Positions 41,844 through 52,195 are shown, counted from the stretch's first letter. The stretch is DNA of 64,000 nucleotides from an uncultured delta proteobacterium (GCA_963754925.1 CAVWHX010000007.1:224001-288000); one strand, 5' to 3'. Notes: a model not told the origin generated them from the letters alone. A program made the numbers and translations.

Positions 41844-41979
41844 AGAGCTAGAAAAGGTTCTTGCACAAACTTGGCGGTGTTGTTATTAATAAAATCAGGT
41901 TTTGGGGATCTTCATATAGACCGCTTGGTTGCGGTATGAAAGTCGATCATCGCGTACAAGTTTCATTGGAGGTTTCACT

Positions 41980-42261
41980 ATGAGAAGATCATTACGGATG
42001 TTAGGCGTTTGGGTAGTAATGACGGGATTGCTTTGGGGCGCCAGCGGAGCCCTGGCGCAAACCAATCAGGGTTCGGGCAAAGGTCAAGGTAGGCACGGGC
42101 CGCCACCGCAAGCCATTGAAGCGTGCAACGGCAAAACCGCAGGTGACCAATGCGAGTTCAAGGGTCGGAAGGGGGATATCTTGAAAGGTACGTGCTTCAC
42201 ACCGGATAAGGACAAACCACTCGCTTGCCGTCCCAATGACAGGCCTCCCCCCCAGCGGTAG
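41980..42261 (+). CDS. Small secreted Cys-containing protein (PPPQAIEAC...GDQC...GTC...LAC)
   Basis: GGAGG RBS, signal peptide and 4 Cys. Confidence 0.7.
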   Translation: MRRSLRMLGVWVVMTGLLWGASGALAQTNQGSGKGQGRHGPPPQAIEACNGKTAGDQCEFKGRKGDILKGTCFTPDKDKPLACRPNDRPPPQR

Positions 42262-42309
42262 AGCCCAGGTGCGATATTCGGCGTTTCGGCTGTCCAATCA
42301 TTCGCTGAC

Positions 42310-42405
42310 CTTTCAATCGCTAGATCTCGTCTGTATTGGAAATAAAACATTTTTCATATCACCTGCACTACCCTACTCCAGACTGAAATCTTGCTCCAAA
42401 GGGCA
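42310..42405 (+). repeat. ~235-bp repeat, left portion
   Basis: CTCGTCTGTATTGGAAATAAAACATTTTTCATATCACCTGCACTACCCTACTCCAGACTGAAATCTTGC. Confidence 0.85.
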
Positions 42406-42449
42406 TAGGTGGTTTATTCTTACTATCTATATATTCGCTGGAGGAATCC

Positions 42450-44204
42450 ATGAGCGGAATGCGTATCGTCGGACTGGGGCTTTTGATTCTTGCATTTAGT
42501 ATAGGAGGGTGCGGCAGTTCGAGCAGTGGGACTGGGGGTAAGTCCACCGTGACCGGCACTGCAGCCGCTGGCGGACCACTTACCGGCGTGACGGTCACCC
42601 TTAAGAATGTTACGGGAGGCAGTCGGACGGCGACGACGGCAAGTGACGGCACTTTCAGCATCGATACGAGCGGCCTCACGGCGCCATTTTTGGTGCAGAT
42701 TGTGAACGGCGCCAGCACGAAACTCTATAGCGTGAGCGCAGACGCCAATGCGCAATCGACCATCAATGTCACCCCGCTTACCGACCTCATCATTCGCTCC
42801 TGGTACAACGTGCAAGGCGTTTCAGTCGACGACGCCTTCGCTGCTCCAGCATCGAACCCCGCGCCAACGCCAACGGCGGTGTCGGTCATCAGCAACGTCG
42901 TCACGAACATCGTGCAACTGTGGATGAACCAGGCCGGTGTAACCAGCACCAATTTCAACCTCATTGCGACGCCCTTCACCGCCGACGGCACCGGAGTCGA
43001 TCACGTTCTCGACCTCGTCACGGTCGATACATCCACCGGCCAGGTCACCATCACCGATGGCACCACGACGCAACAGTCGACGGTGACCTATTCGACTTCG
43101 AACGACTCCATGTCGGTGTCCACCACCACCACCGGCCCCGGCGGGACCAGCACCAGCACCAGCGGTACGGTCGTGCCGGTTCAGACCGCGCAGCAGACCG
43201 CCGTCGACGCCATAGCGACGGTCTGTAACAACTTCGCCGACACCATCAACACCAAGGGCAATTCCCTGCAAGCGAGCAATCTGCTGCCCTACCTTGACTC
43301 TAACGCGCTCTGGGGCGGTCTTATGCCGAGCCAATGGGCAGGGCAAATCGCCTATGCCCTCGTCGGGAAGACCGTGTCCTTCTCAGGAATCACTATCAAG
43401 TCACTCGACACTACCGGGAATGTGGCCGACACGGTATTCCAGCTCTCCCAGAGCCAAGGCGGCCAGACCAGCACCTCCCCAAACGAGTTCTTCTTCAGAA
43501 AGGTCAACGGCGCCTGGCTCCTGTCCGGTGACCAGCGCATCGCTGATATCGAAGTACGGGCAAGCATGGTCACAAACCAGGGTGCGGTGAGCGACAACCC
43601 CGAGCTGACCCTCGAAGTTAACGTCGACGCCCCTCAAGGCACGGTGACCGGTGTAACTGTTTCCGGCGGCCCCTGGACGAGCGCGACCTCGCTAACCCCG
43701 GGGTCGACAAACGTAGCGCCTTGGGATACCACCCTAACCCTAAACAGCTTCGGAACATACGATGCCGGTATCTCGGGTATCTCGGGCGGGACACCGTTCA
43801 CATTCGTGGTGACACCATCGAGCGGGCCTGCGGTGACCTACACGCTGGCGGTCAACGCAACTACCACCGAGGCGATTAGTATTACCAATCTCACGGGAGG
43901 GACTATTGCGGATGCCCATCTTGGCTCACCGCAAACCGTGAACTGGACGCTGCCGAAGACGTTCGCCATCTCTCAAGTGAGACTGGGAACCGTGGCCTGG
44001 ACCGGGGATCAGAATAGCCCATCGACCTTGAAATGCGACGATATGGGCGAGACAACGGTCCTCGGCACTACCTCAACTACCGGCCAGATAACGATTCCTG
44101 CCACGTGCGGCCAGGCGGCGGCGGCCACCCTCCAAGCAGAAATCTATCTCCAGGTATATGGCATCAACGGTGAGTTCACGACCGTGTATTACACATTCCA
44201 ATAA
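42450..44204 (+). CDS. Thr-rich surface lipoprotein with an N-terminal carboxypeptidase-regulatory-like domain
   Basis: GGAGG RBS, IGGC lipobox, TVTGTAAAGGPLTGVTVTL...DGTFSI and NVTPLTDL. Confidence 0.8.
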   Translation: MSGMRIVGLGLLILAFSIGGCGSSSSGTGGKSTVTGTAAAGGPLTGVTVTLKNVTGGSRTATTASDGTFSIDTSGLTAPFLVQIVNGASTKLYSVSADANAQSTINVTPLTDLIIRSWYNVQGVSVDDAFAAPASNPAPTPTAVSVISNVVTNIVQLWMNQAGVTSTNFNLIATPFTADGTGVDHVLDLVTVDTSTGQVTITDGTTTQQSTVTYSTSNDSMSVSTTTTGPGGTSTSTSGTVVPVQTAQQTAVDAIATVCNNFADTINTKGNSLQASNLLPYLDSNALWGGLMPSQWAGQIAYALVGKTVSFSGITIKSLDTTGNVADTVFQLSQSQGGQTSTSPNEFFFRKVNGAWLLSGDQRIADIEVRASMVTNQGAVSDNPELTLEVNVDAPQGTVTGVTVSGGPWTSATSLTPGSTNVAPWDTTLTLNSFGTYDAGISGISGGTPFTFVVTPSSGPAVTYTLAVNATTTEAISITNLTGGTIADAHLGSPQTVNWTLPKTFAISQVRLGTVAWTGDQNSPSTLKCDDMGETTVLGTTSTTGQITIPATCGQAAAATLQAEIYLQVYGINGEFTTVYYTFQ

Positions 44205-44344
44205 GTGATCCTGCAGTTGAAAACCCATGCCGCTGGGTATGAGGTTTATTGTATGATCTCAAGTTGGGTTGAAGCGGTGATGGTCTTGACTAACGCTTCC
44301 GATACCTATAAAGAGATGCATATATATTATATAGAGGCGAAGTT

Positions 44345-45106
44345 ATGAAAATGTTCACAAGACTTGTAGTTTTTATTGCGGCGTCGATTTTGGTGCCCAG
44401 TGTCCCTGGGTCGGGCAACAACAGTCGGTCAGTCAATATACATTTGGCTCAGGCTGGTGAACCCAAACCACCGCCGGTACAGGACGACCAGCCGGTGCAA
44501 GACGACCAGCCGGTGCAGAACGACCAGCCGGTGCAAGACGACCAGCCGGTGCAGGACGACCAGCAGGTGCAGGACGACCAGCAGGTGCAGGATGATCAGT
44601 CGGAGGAGTACGGGCAGCCGGTGGACGACAATCTGCCGCAGGAGTTCGGCTACCAGCCCATCCTCTACAACGGCTACGTGGTTTATTACAACGACGGAGG
44701 CATCCCTTTCTACTGGAACCATGGTGCGATGGTGTGGATCCCCGAATCGCAGCGGAGGGTGTATTTCGAACACTGGAACCGCTACCGCGACAACTACCAC
44801 ACCTGGTACATCAACCGCGGCCACGAGTACCGCGAACACCACTTTGTGCCCGCCCACCAGAACCATCCGGCCATCCATCCTCGCGAGCTCGAGGAGCGGA
44901 AGAACAACACGATGATTCAAGAGCACAGTCAGGCTCGACCCAGCTTGCAGCCCCGTGAAGTCATCGAGAACGAACACAAACCGGTCATACGATCGCACGA
45001 GACCGGGCCACGAGAGACCCAACCGGCGCTTCGCCCTCGCGAGGAAGAGAAGCCCAAGCCGATCGTCAGACCCAAGAATGACAACAACGTGAAGAAAAAT
45101 AACTAA
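44345..45106 (+). CDS. Secreted protein with 18-bp (VQDDQP) tandem repeats
   Basis: Signal peptide homologous to 60473..61192, and seven VQ(D/N)DQ units at ~44475-44600. Confidence 0.75.
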   Translation: MKMFTRLVVFIAASILVPSVPGSGNNSRSVNIHLAQAGEPKPPPVQDDQPVQDDQPVQNDQPVQDDQPVQDDQQVQDDQQVQDDQSEEYGQPVDDNLPQEFGYQPILYNGYVVYYNDGGIPFYWNHGAMVWIPESQRRVYFEHWNRYRDNYHTWYINRGHEYREHHFVPAHQNHPAIHPRELEERKNNTMIQEHSQARPSLQPREVIENEHKPVIRSHETGPRETQPALRPREEEKPKPIVRPKNDNNVKKNN

Positions 45107-45255
45107 TAGGAATGCTAGATGCTGAAAAGTGGTGAACCATTGTTCAGAAGAGAATACGATGTCTCCAAAACTCAACCAAACACTCAACGGTCAAAAGCGC
45201 ACGCCGGGTTAGTACAACGTATTCCGCAATTTTAATATCTGTTCATGCCTGTTAT

Positions 45256-45885
45256 TCATTTCTCCGCGATATGAACCTTTAATGGATATAGCATAATTGT
45301 CTTACTTTTTATGTGTTTTAGACCTGCCTCTGAAAACATTTGTTTATATTCATCGGTACTATATTGTTTCACATGCGCTTTCTCTATTTTTTTCCATGGC
45401 GCGTCAATCCACCTGGTAATAAAATCATCCGTGGTAGGGTCAAGAATATAAATTTTCCCTTTTTGTTTTAAAACCCGGTACGCCTCAGCAAGAGCTTTTC
45501 CTGGATTCAAATAATGATGGAATGAATTAGTACAAATAATAACATCAAAATAATCATTTCCCACAGGAAGTTCTTCTGCATTTGCCTTGTAATATTTTAC
45601 ATTTGTTAATCCTGATGAATTTTCTTTTGCTTTTGCAATCATTCCTTCGGAAATATCTACACCAACGAAGTTACCCTGCCCCGTTAATAAGCCAGCAGCA
45701 TAACGCACAGCCCACCCGGTGCCACAACCCAAGTCTAAGAAATTTACACTATTCTGTAAATTTGCGATTGAAATAATTTTCTTTTGCAAATATCTAAAAG
45801 GAGCCGCCCATGTATTATCAAATGTTTTAGACCAACTATCCCATTTCTTCTCATTAGCTTTATTGTGCTCATTGAGATTATTCAT
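45256..45885 (-). CDS. Class I SAM-dependent methyltransferase (UbiE-like)
   Basis: LDLGCGTG, GVDISEGM and RVLKQKG motifs. The AGAGGAG RBS abuts the repeat end at 45900. Confidence 0.9.
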   Translation of the reverse strand: MNNLNEHNKANEKKWDSWSKTFDNTWAAPFRYLQKKIISIANLQNSVNFLDLGCGTGWAVRYAAGLLTGQGNFVGVDISEGMIAKAKENSSGLTNVKYYKANAEELPVGNDYFDVIICTNSFHHYLNPGKALAEAYRVLKQKGKIYILDPTTDDFITRWIDAPWKKIEKAHVKQYSTDEYKQMFSEAGLKHIKSKTIMLYPLKVHIAEK

Positions 45886-45899
45886 ATTTGAATCTCCTC

Positions 45900-46076
45900 T
45901 GTCTTTCACCAAAACTCGTCCCTTTCGGCAGCAAGTAATGCAAAAGCTATTTCTTATCACATAACTCATCGTATTGCCATGAATCGGTGCATTCCATCAC
46001 GTGCGTTCACCAATTTACACCTAACATCGTCTTGTTGACTTGTTTTTTTATCTTGGATTTGGGGTGGAGAGGGACA
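45900..46076 (+). repeat. Repeat copy with both termini and a shortened, divergent interior
   Basis: TGTCTTTCACCAAAACTCGTCC ... GTTCACCAATTTAC...GGATTTGGGGTGGAGAGGGACA. Confidence 0.85.
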
Positions 46077-46109
46077 GGAGGTTCGCACGGCGAGTGAAAA
46101 CAAAACGTT

Positions 46110-46571
46110 GACAATGGTTGGGTTCGATTTGTTTCTATGCAGAATCATTACAACCTGCTCTATCGAGAAGAAGAGCGCGAGATGATGCCTCTTTGCCAGT
46201 CTGAGGGCATTGGCGTCATCCCCTGGAGTCCTCTCGCGCGAGGCCGCCTAGCCCGACCCTGGCAAACCGAAAGCACCAAACGTTACGAAACGGACCATTT
46301 CGGGAAGAAGCTGTATTCGCAGACCGAAGTGGCCGACCGGAAAGTTGTCAACCGCTTGGGTCAAATCTCTAAACAGCGCGGAGTTCCCCGTGCGCAAATC
46401 GCGCTGGCCTGGCTGCTCAGCAAGCCCGGCATCACCGCGCCAATTGTCGGTGCCACCAAATCACACCATCTCCAAGACGCCGTCGCGGCGCTCTCATTGA
46501 GTTTGAGCCCTGAACAAATAGCTGCTCTCGAGGAACCATACACACCGCATCCCGTCTTGGGCTTCAGCTAA
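46110..46571 (+). pseudogene. Aldo/keto reductase, C-terminal half only
   Basis: RFVSMQNHYNLLYREEEREM...PWSPLARG...AQIALAW...PIVGAT. The N-terminal catalytic half is missing at the repeat junction. Confidence 0.85.
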
Positions 46572-46583
46572 ACGATAGGGCAA

Positions 46584-46703
46584 GGTTGGCGAGGGGCAGG
46601 GTTCAATCCTAATCTAATATTCATGATTTTTGGTTACGCAATTTGCGTTTAATCTGGTTTATTTGACCTGCTTTTTCTCTTGGATTTGTTTTGGCGAAGG
46701 ACA
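46584..46703 (+). repeat. Two right-end remnants of the repeat (46584-46598 and ~46635-46703)
   Basis: GGTTGGCGAGGGGCA, and TTGACCTGCTTTTTCTCTTGGATTTGTTTTGGCGAAGGACA. Confidence 0.8.
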
Positions 46704-47357
46704 ACCTATTTTTATGCCTATAGTCAATCCATCACCGATGGGGAGCAATGTACTTTTTAAATCTGGGCACTGAACAATCATTTTGTTGAATTTATCGAGA
46801 GCTTCCACTGCATAATCCCATTTTGCTTGATCAAAGTCGGAGTTTATCAGGTTCGCACAAGGTAAAAGGGAATCTTCGGCCAATAAAACTCCACCTGGTT
46901 TTAGAAGAGTGACTAAATCATTTAGTAATACAGAATAAAGCGTTTTATCTCCGACATCTTGAAATATTAAGTCAAAGCTTTCTTTTAAAGTTGGAATGAT
47001 TTCCTTTGCGTCCCCGATTTTTACCTCGATAAGTTCAGAAACTCCAGCATGTTCAAAATTCTTTATCGCCTGTTTTGCTGATTGTTCATTATACTCAATC
47101 GTGGTAATTTTACCGCCGTATTCTTTAGCAATGTTAGCCATAGAGACCGTTGAATAGCCTATGCTTGTTCCAATTTCTAAGATCCTTTGTGGTCGTACCA
47201 AACGTATTAATAGCTGCATCATTCTTGAAACGTCGCTATCCACAACTGTTCCGAAGTGTTTTAGTTCTGTCGATTCAATATAATTTGTTTTGGATGCTTC
47301 GTCGTTTTCATATAAGGTATCAATATATGAAACGGCTTTCTCAAAATTAATTTTCAT
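46659..47357 (-). CDS. O-methyltransferase (Methyltransf_3 type); last 14 codons and stop come from the repeat
   Basis: RILEIGTSIGYS, LLKPGG and LPIGDGL motifs, followed by CPSPKQIQEKKQVK from the repeat. Confidence 0.9.
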   Translation of the reverse strand: MKINFEKAVSYIDTLYENDEASKTNYIESTELKHFGTVVDSDVSRMMQLLIRLVRPQRILEIGTSIGYSTVSMANIAKEYGGKITTIEYNEQSAKQAIKNFEHAGVSELIEVKIGDAKEIIPTLKESFDLIFQDVGDKTLYSVLLNDLVTLLKPGGVLLAEDSLLPCANLINSDFDQAKWDYAVEALDKFNKMIVQCPDLKSTLLPIGDGLTIGIKIGCPSPKQIQEKKQVK

Positions 47358-47412
47358 GAATAACTCCCCAATTACCCCCCGGGAACTACGTCTGGTGTTA
47401 TTAAAACCTTAT

Positions 47413-47652
47413 TGTCGTTCGCCATCGAAAACTCGTCCTCGTTGAAAACAAAGCATTTCTAATATCGCCTGCACTACCCTACTCTACATTAAAATCTTGC
47501 CACTTAGTTTCGCTCGAACCACTCTATCACCATAACCTACTCAGGACTCAAGCCCATCTTTTCCAACATCCAGGATTGCGAGCGCACCAATTTAAGCGTA
47601 CCGCGGTTTAGTTGACGTGTTTTTTCTCTCGGATTTGGGTTGGTGAGGTACA
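47413..47652 (+). repeat. ~235-bp intergenic repeat, full copy
   Basis: TGTCGTTCGCCATCGAAAACTCG...GGATTTGGGTTGGTGAGGTACA. Confidence 0.92.
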
Positions 47653-47659
47653 ACTGAAG

Positions 47660-48460
47660 TCAGCCCGGTCGGACGGCGCTGGCGATCTGCCAGATCCGCC
47701 TCGAGTGGTGGATCTTCACGTTGCCGAAGCCCGCGCCCTCGATCAGGGAGCGCAGCTCGTCGCTGCCGCGCGCGGTCAGGCCACTCCACGTCGTCATTAG
47801 CATCTCGATGTCGCCGAGCAGCCCGTCGAGCCGACGTGACATGCCGCAGGCGAACCGTCCGCCCGGCTTGAGCACGCGCAGGATCTCGGAGAGCACCCGC
47901 GACAGATCTGAGAACAGGTGCAACGCACCGCAGCAGCTCACGCCGTCGAGCAAAGCATCGGCGATGGGGATCTCGAACGCGCTCGCGCGCAGCCATACGA
48001 TGTTGTCGATCGACTCCTCGCGGGCGCGGGCAGTCGCGTAAGAGAGCATGGGCCAGGAGATGTCGAGGCCGATTGCCACGCCCACCGGGACGTTACGCGC
48101 GATGGGGCGGGTGTAGATGCCGGGCCCGCAGGCGAGGTCGATGACGCGTGCATCCGTCCGCAGGGCCAGCGAGCTCAGAACCTGGGCCTGCTCTTCCTCG
48201 AAGGTGCAGCCGAAAGCGGCGGCGATGAGCGGACTACGACGCCACCACCGGCTCTCGTATATCCGCACCAGACGGGGCCACTCCATAGTCCGCTGGGCGT
48301 AGCCCGGCTTCTGCGTCGCGGGCGGCAGCAGGTCGATGACGCCGTGTGCGGCGGCAAACGCGGCGTTGCAGTTGCCGCATCGGGCCGTCTGGTTCTCTTG
48401 AATGAAGAGGAATCCCTTACGGCAGGCGGGGCAGCGGAGGAGATTGGCTGGCAGTGTCAT
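47660..48460 (-). CDS. SAM-dependent methyltransferase with an N-terminal Zn-ribbon
   Basis: CPAC...CGNC, IDLACGPG and RVLKPGG motifs. The GC content is visibly higher than in the neighbouring genes. Confidence 0.88.
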   Translation of the reverse strand: MTLPANLLRCPACRKGFLFIQENQTARCGNCNAAFAAAHGVIDLLPPATQKPGYAQRTMEWPRLVRIYESRWWRRSPLIAAAFGCTFEEEQAQVLSSLALRTDARVIDLACGPGIYTRPIARNVPVGVAIGLDISWPMLSYATARAREESIDNIVWLRASAFEIPIADALLDGVSCCGALHLFSDLSRVLSEILRVLKPGGRFACGMSRRLDGLLGDIEMLMTTWSGLTARGSDELRSLIEGAGFGNVKIHHSRRIWQIASAVRPG

Positions 48461-48659
48461 CTTGTCACTTCGTCCCTTCCGATTACATTCCGATCGTCGC
48501 ACGAATGCGACCGGCGGCGTTCCGGGTGATACACATCTTCACTGCCGCTTCAACCAGGACGCGCACCATCTCCTCTCAACACATCCCCGCTGCCGTGGCT
48601 CTCCTATCGTCTGCAGATAGCCCAAACCACAGCCTGTTGGATTTGACATATCGATAGCC

Positions 48660-48749
48660 AAAATGTCAAGGATTGTGAGTTCACCATATTAAGCTTTTGG
48701 TGGTTTTGTTGAATTGTTTTTTATCCCGGAGTTAGATTGGGGAGGGACG
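48660..48749 (+). repeat. ~235-bp repeat, right portion
   Basis: AGGATTGTGAGTTCACC...CCGGAGTTAGATTGGGGAGGGACG. Confidence 0.85.
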
Positions 48750-48754
48750 GCCTC

Positions 48755-49909
48755 TCACTGAAGGGTACAGGTGTTTGCGCAACTGCCGCTCGGCAGCTGC
48801 CCCGTCATCGTTTGGAAGTGGTTGGTGATCTGTGTCTGGCTGAGCAGGTAGTTGTAAATAGCAACCTTGCCGATGGCTCCCTGGAACCAACTGTCATGCG
48901 CCATCGTTCCGATGTTCACCGGGGTGTTCTTGGCCACCGGTACCACGCTGTACTGGCTCATGCAGCCGGTTGGGTTGTGGTTGGACTGGCTCCACTTGAC
49001 CCCGTTCACCCAGATGTTGATCGAGCCGGGATAGGCCGATGTACTCGGGCAATCCGATGGCTGACTCAACGTGGTGTATTCGCCCACGACGTAGTACCAC
49101 TCGCCCGCCTGCAACAGCCCTTCTGTCGGCTGCCAGTCTGCGGCGGATCCGAGGCCGGCGCTTGGGTTGAAGACATAGGCCGACAATCGATTGTAGCGGT
49201 CCTGCGAGTTGCTGGTATTGTACATACGAGCTTCCCACTCGCAGGTTGGCGAATAGCTCGCGCACTTGCCCATCCAATCGATATAGCCGCCGGTGCTGTG
49301 CGGGTACTGGAGTACATCCGGTCTGATCCATCCTTCCCAGGTTAGGTTTCCGGTAGTAGGAATCGAGAGGGATGCGTTAGACGGGATGGTCAGGTACTCG
49401 CACGATCCGTTGAAATCGGCGACTTGGTCACCGTTCGGCATCGTGGTGGTTGCCGGCGTACCGCCTTGGTAGGCGCCGCTGTTGCCGTTCCCGGTCAGGT
49501 CCGGTTCGGTCCCGTTGGTGTGATTCACGTCCCAAAAGGCGACCGGTTGATCCGCGAGCACGGCATCGTTGTACGACCCACCATTTTGAGGAGCGGAGCC
49601 CGTATTTGCAGCCTTCGTCGGTGCGGTTTCTACGGAGCCCGCTGTTGTAGCCGTCGTCGGTGCGGTTTCTGCGCACACCCCGTTGGAGCACGTTGCCGTG
49701 ACACAATCGCTCCCCTTCGTACACGTGTCGCCGACCGCGCAAGGCGAGCAGTTTCCGTCTCCACAGACAACGCCGCTCTCGCATTGCTTGCTAGGGCTAT
49801 ACGTGCACTTCCCATTTTTATCGCATACAGTATTGCTTATCTCGCCGGGGCCACAGCAAACGAGTATTAGCGTGGCAAGAGCCGAGGTGGCCCGAATTGG
49901 AATTCTCAT
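48755..49909 (-). CDS. LamG/concanavalin-like jellyroll lipoprotein with a Cys-rich N-terminus
   Basis: LADQPVAFW, LTWEGWIRP, IWVNG and FQGAIGKVAIYNYLLS motifs. Confidence 0.85.
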   Translation of the reverse strand: MRIPIRATSALATLILVCCGPGEISNTVCDKNGKCTYSPSKQCESGVVCGDGNCSPCAVGDTCTKGSDCVTATCSNGVCAETAPTTATTAGSVETAPTKAANTGSAPQNGGSYNDAVLADQPVAFWDVNHTNGTEPDLTGNGNSGAYQGGTPATTTMPNGDQVADFNGSCEYLTIPSNASLSIPTTGNLTWEGWIRPDVLQYPHSTGGYIDWMGKCASYSPTCEWEARMYNTSNSQDRYNRLSAYVFNPSAGLGSAADWQPTEGLLQAGEWYYVVGEYTTLSQPSDCPSTSAYPGSINIWVNGVKWSQSNHNPTGCMSQYSVVPVAKNTPVNIGTMAHDSWFQGAIGKVAIYNYLLSQTQITNHFQTMTGQLPSGSCANTCTLQ

Positions 49910-50723
49910 AGCTTCCTCCGTTCGGGGTCTTCTTCTATAGCGGTGAAATTAAAAAATGCCTCGGACGAAGAGATCGGGCTACCAACGAATTGGGTTACGT
50001 TGACGCAAGACAGGGTGCAAGAGTCGTTAATACTGGAAAGCAACTCTTGGCACGCGTTTTCGTCACAGTACCGGAGAGCGGACATTGGCATTTCGTTCGT
50101 TGAATAAACCCACCATAATTGGAGGCTTGCGAGAACTATCCAGTTCTCTCTTCCTATAGTTGTTTTCATTCCATACCTCTCTTCAGAAAGTTGTTGGCTC
50201 AATTATAATAAGATCATGATAATGAATTTATTTTTGAGGATTGGAGCTAGGAGGCTACGGAGGGTGGATAGAGGAATACTCCCGTTGGCCCGGTCCCCAA
50301 TGCTGTAATACCGACGTCAAAAACACATCCCCTCAGATGAATTGACTAACCCCAACAATGATAAAAAAATTAAACTGAAACGGCAAGGATTAATTTCATT
50401 AATTTGAAAATAAATATGCCGATCAAACAGGATGGACAAAAGTTATTTTTTATTAGTAAGTTACATAACTACCTTCGACAATCACGATACTGAAATAATT
50501 ACCGCTACTTTGAATATAAACAGTTAGAGTGATTAATAGGTAATCCTAAAAACAAAACCTCGATGCGCTCACTGGCCGACCAGCCGTTTCAAGCTATCGA
50601 CAATAGGGAGATAACCTATTGTCGATAGTTGATAATTATCTAGAGAAGAGGGAACAAATTGTCCACAATGACTCTCTTACAAAAGACTTACTAACGGGGG
50701 GCACTACACGGTCCGCCCGGTGC

Positions 50724-50784
50724 ATTTCACCTGCACTACTCTACTCCACATTGAGATCTCGCGGAATAGTTCCGCTCGCACCAC
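50724..50784 (+). repeat. Central part of the repeat, interrupted by the IS (continues as CCACTCT at 52061)
   Basis: TCACCTGCACTACTCTACTCCACATTGAGATCTCGC...GTTCCGCTCGCACCAC. Confidence 0.85.
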
Positions 50785-50813
50785 TGACGTGCCCCCGTTC
50801 ATAGGACCACTCT

Positions 50814-51725
50814 CTATGAGAGTTGTTCATGGTTAACCATCGTTCCTTTATCCATAGCAACACCAGTTTTCAGAGCGAAGGGAGCCGGAGGCGACCGAAG
50901 CTCTGAAAACTGTCGCGCGAACTCCGCCGGTGTCTCCTGTCCCAGCGAGCTGTGTGGCCGCACATGATTGTAATCCATCCGCCATGATTCGATTTTATTA
51001 CGAGCATCTTGTAGATTTATAAACCAATGTTGATTGAGACATTCATCTCGAAATTTGCCGTTGAAGCTTTCGATCAGGGCATTCTGCACCGGCTTGCCTG
51101 GCTCGATAAAATGCAACTGCACCCCATGCCGGTACGCCCAGAGGTCCAGCGCACGACTCGTGAACTCCGGACCGTTATCCGTCACCATCGCTTCGGGATA
51201 CCTACCCCGTTCAGCGGCAATATCGTCCAAAATCCTGGCCACCCGGCTGCCGGAAATGGACGTGTCTACGGGTAAGGCAAGACTCTCTCGACTGAATTCA
51301 TCCAGCACGCTCAACACCTTCAACCGTCGCCCATCTGAGAGACAATCAGATAGAAAATCCATCGACCATCGCTCGTTGAGTCCTTCCGGAAGACGCAGCG
51401 GCTGCCGCGCGATGCTCCGGTATCTCTTGCGCTGCTTCTTCCTCACGCTCAATCCCTCTTGCCGATACAGCCGATACACCCGCTTGTGATTCACCACATA
51501 CCCTTCCCGCCGCAATAACACCTGCAACCGTCGATATCCGAAGCGTACCCGCTGCGCCGCAAGCTCTAAAAGACGCTCCCGCAACTGCGGATACAGTTGG
51601 CCTACCGAACGGTACCGAAAGCTCGATCGCCCGATCCTCATCAGCCCGCAGGCGCGTCGTTCGCTCACCCCAAATTCCTCGCGGGCATGCACAACGGCCT
51701 GCTTTCGCGCTGCGGGCTTCACCAT
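50814..51725 (-). CDS. IS3-family transposase OrfB (DDE)
   Basis: WSMDF, TDNGPEF and QNALIESFNGKFRDECLN motifs. Confidence 0.95.
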   Translation of the reverse strand: MVKPAARKQAVVHAREEFGVSERRACGLMRIGRSSFRYRSVGQLYPQLRERLLELAAQRVRFGYRRLQVLLRREGYVVNHKRVYRLYRQEGLSVRKKQRKRYRSIARQPLRLPEGLNERWSMDFLSDCLSDGRRLKVLSVLDEFSRESLALPVDTSISGSRVARILDDIAAERGRYPEAMVTDNGPEFTSRALDLWAYRHGVQLHFIEPGKPVQNALIESFNGKFRDECLNQHWFINLQDARNKIESWRMDYNHVRPHSSLGQETPAEFARQFSELRSPPAPFALKTGVAMDKGTMVNHEQLS

Positions 51726-51985
51726 TTTCTTGAGTTGATATCCCTCAAGATCTGGTTGTCGAGAGTGAGATCGGCCACGGCACGCTTCAGCCTTCGGTTT
51801 TCTTCCTCAAGCTGCTTCAGCCGCCGCGCCTCGCTGACGTCCATCCCGCCGTACTTGGATTTCCAACGGTAGTACGTTTGTTCGCAGAAGCCATGTGTGC
51901 GACAGAGATCAGACAGCTTCACCCCCGCTTCGGCTTCTTTCAATATCCCGATGATCTTATCCTCAGAAAACCGTTTCCCTTTCAT
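51719..51985 (-). CDS. IS3-family transposase OrfA (HTH)
   Basis: KRFSEDKIIGILKE...TYYRWKSKYGGM...LEEENRRLK. Confidence 0.95.
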   Translation of the reverse strand: MKGKRFSEDKIIGILKEAEAGVKLSDLCRTHGFCEQTYYRWKSKYGGMDVSEARRLKQLEEENRRLKRAVADLTLDNQILRDINSRKW

Positions 51986-52195
51986 TGAGCAAGCTCCTTT
52001 CCGGCATTCTAGCCGAAGGAACTCTCATTGAAAATGGTCCAGTTTTCGGGGGGCACGTCACCACTCTTATGGTTAGTATCAATAGAATCAAGCGGAAAAA
52101 TGAAGTTGCTGCCGCGCCGTTCGATGAAGAGAAATATCAACTTAGGTATTTAGTGCGAAAAGGATTTTCAGGAAAAACTGGAGATTGATAGTAGG

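Larger units (their letters stand above)
50785..52060 (-). mobile_element. Complete IS3-family (IS407-like) element, 1276 bp, with a 4-bp TSD (CCAC)
   Basis: IRs TGACGTGCCCCC / GGGGGCACGTCA, and CCAC at both 50781-50784 and 52061-52064. Confidence 0.95.

Noticed and set aside
44255..44280. Possible extra right-end remnant (CTCAAGTTGGGTTGAAGCGG)
   Set aside because: Too short and divergent to count as a repeat copy.
49920..50700. ORFs in the AT-rich spacer
   Set aside because: Short, with no recognisable motifs; at most degraded remnants.
50882..50902. Hairpin around CAGTTTTCAGAGC...GCTCTGAAAACTG as a standalone ncRNA or terminator
   Set aside because: It is internal to the IS orfB 3' end and present in both IS copies.
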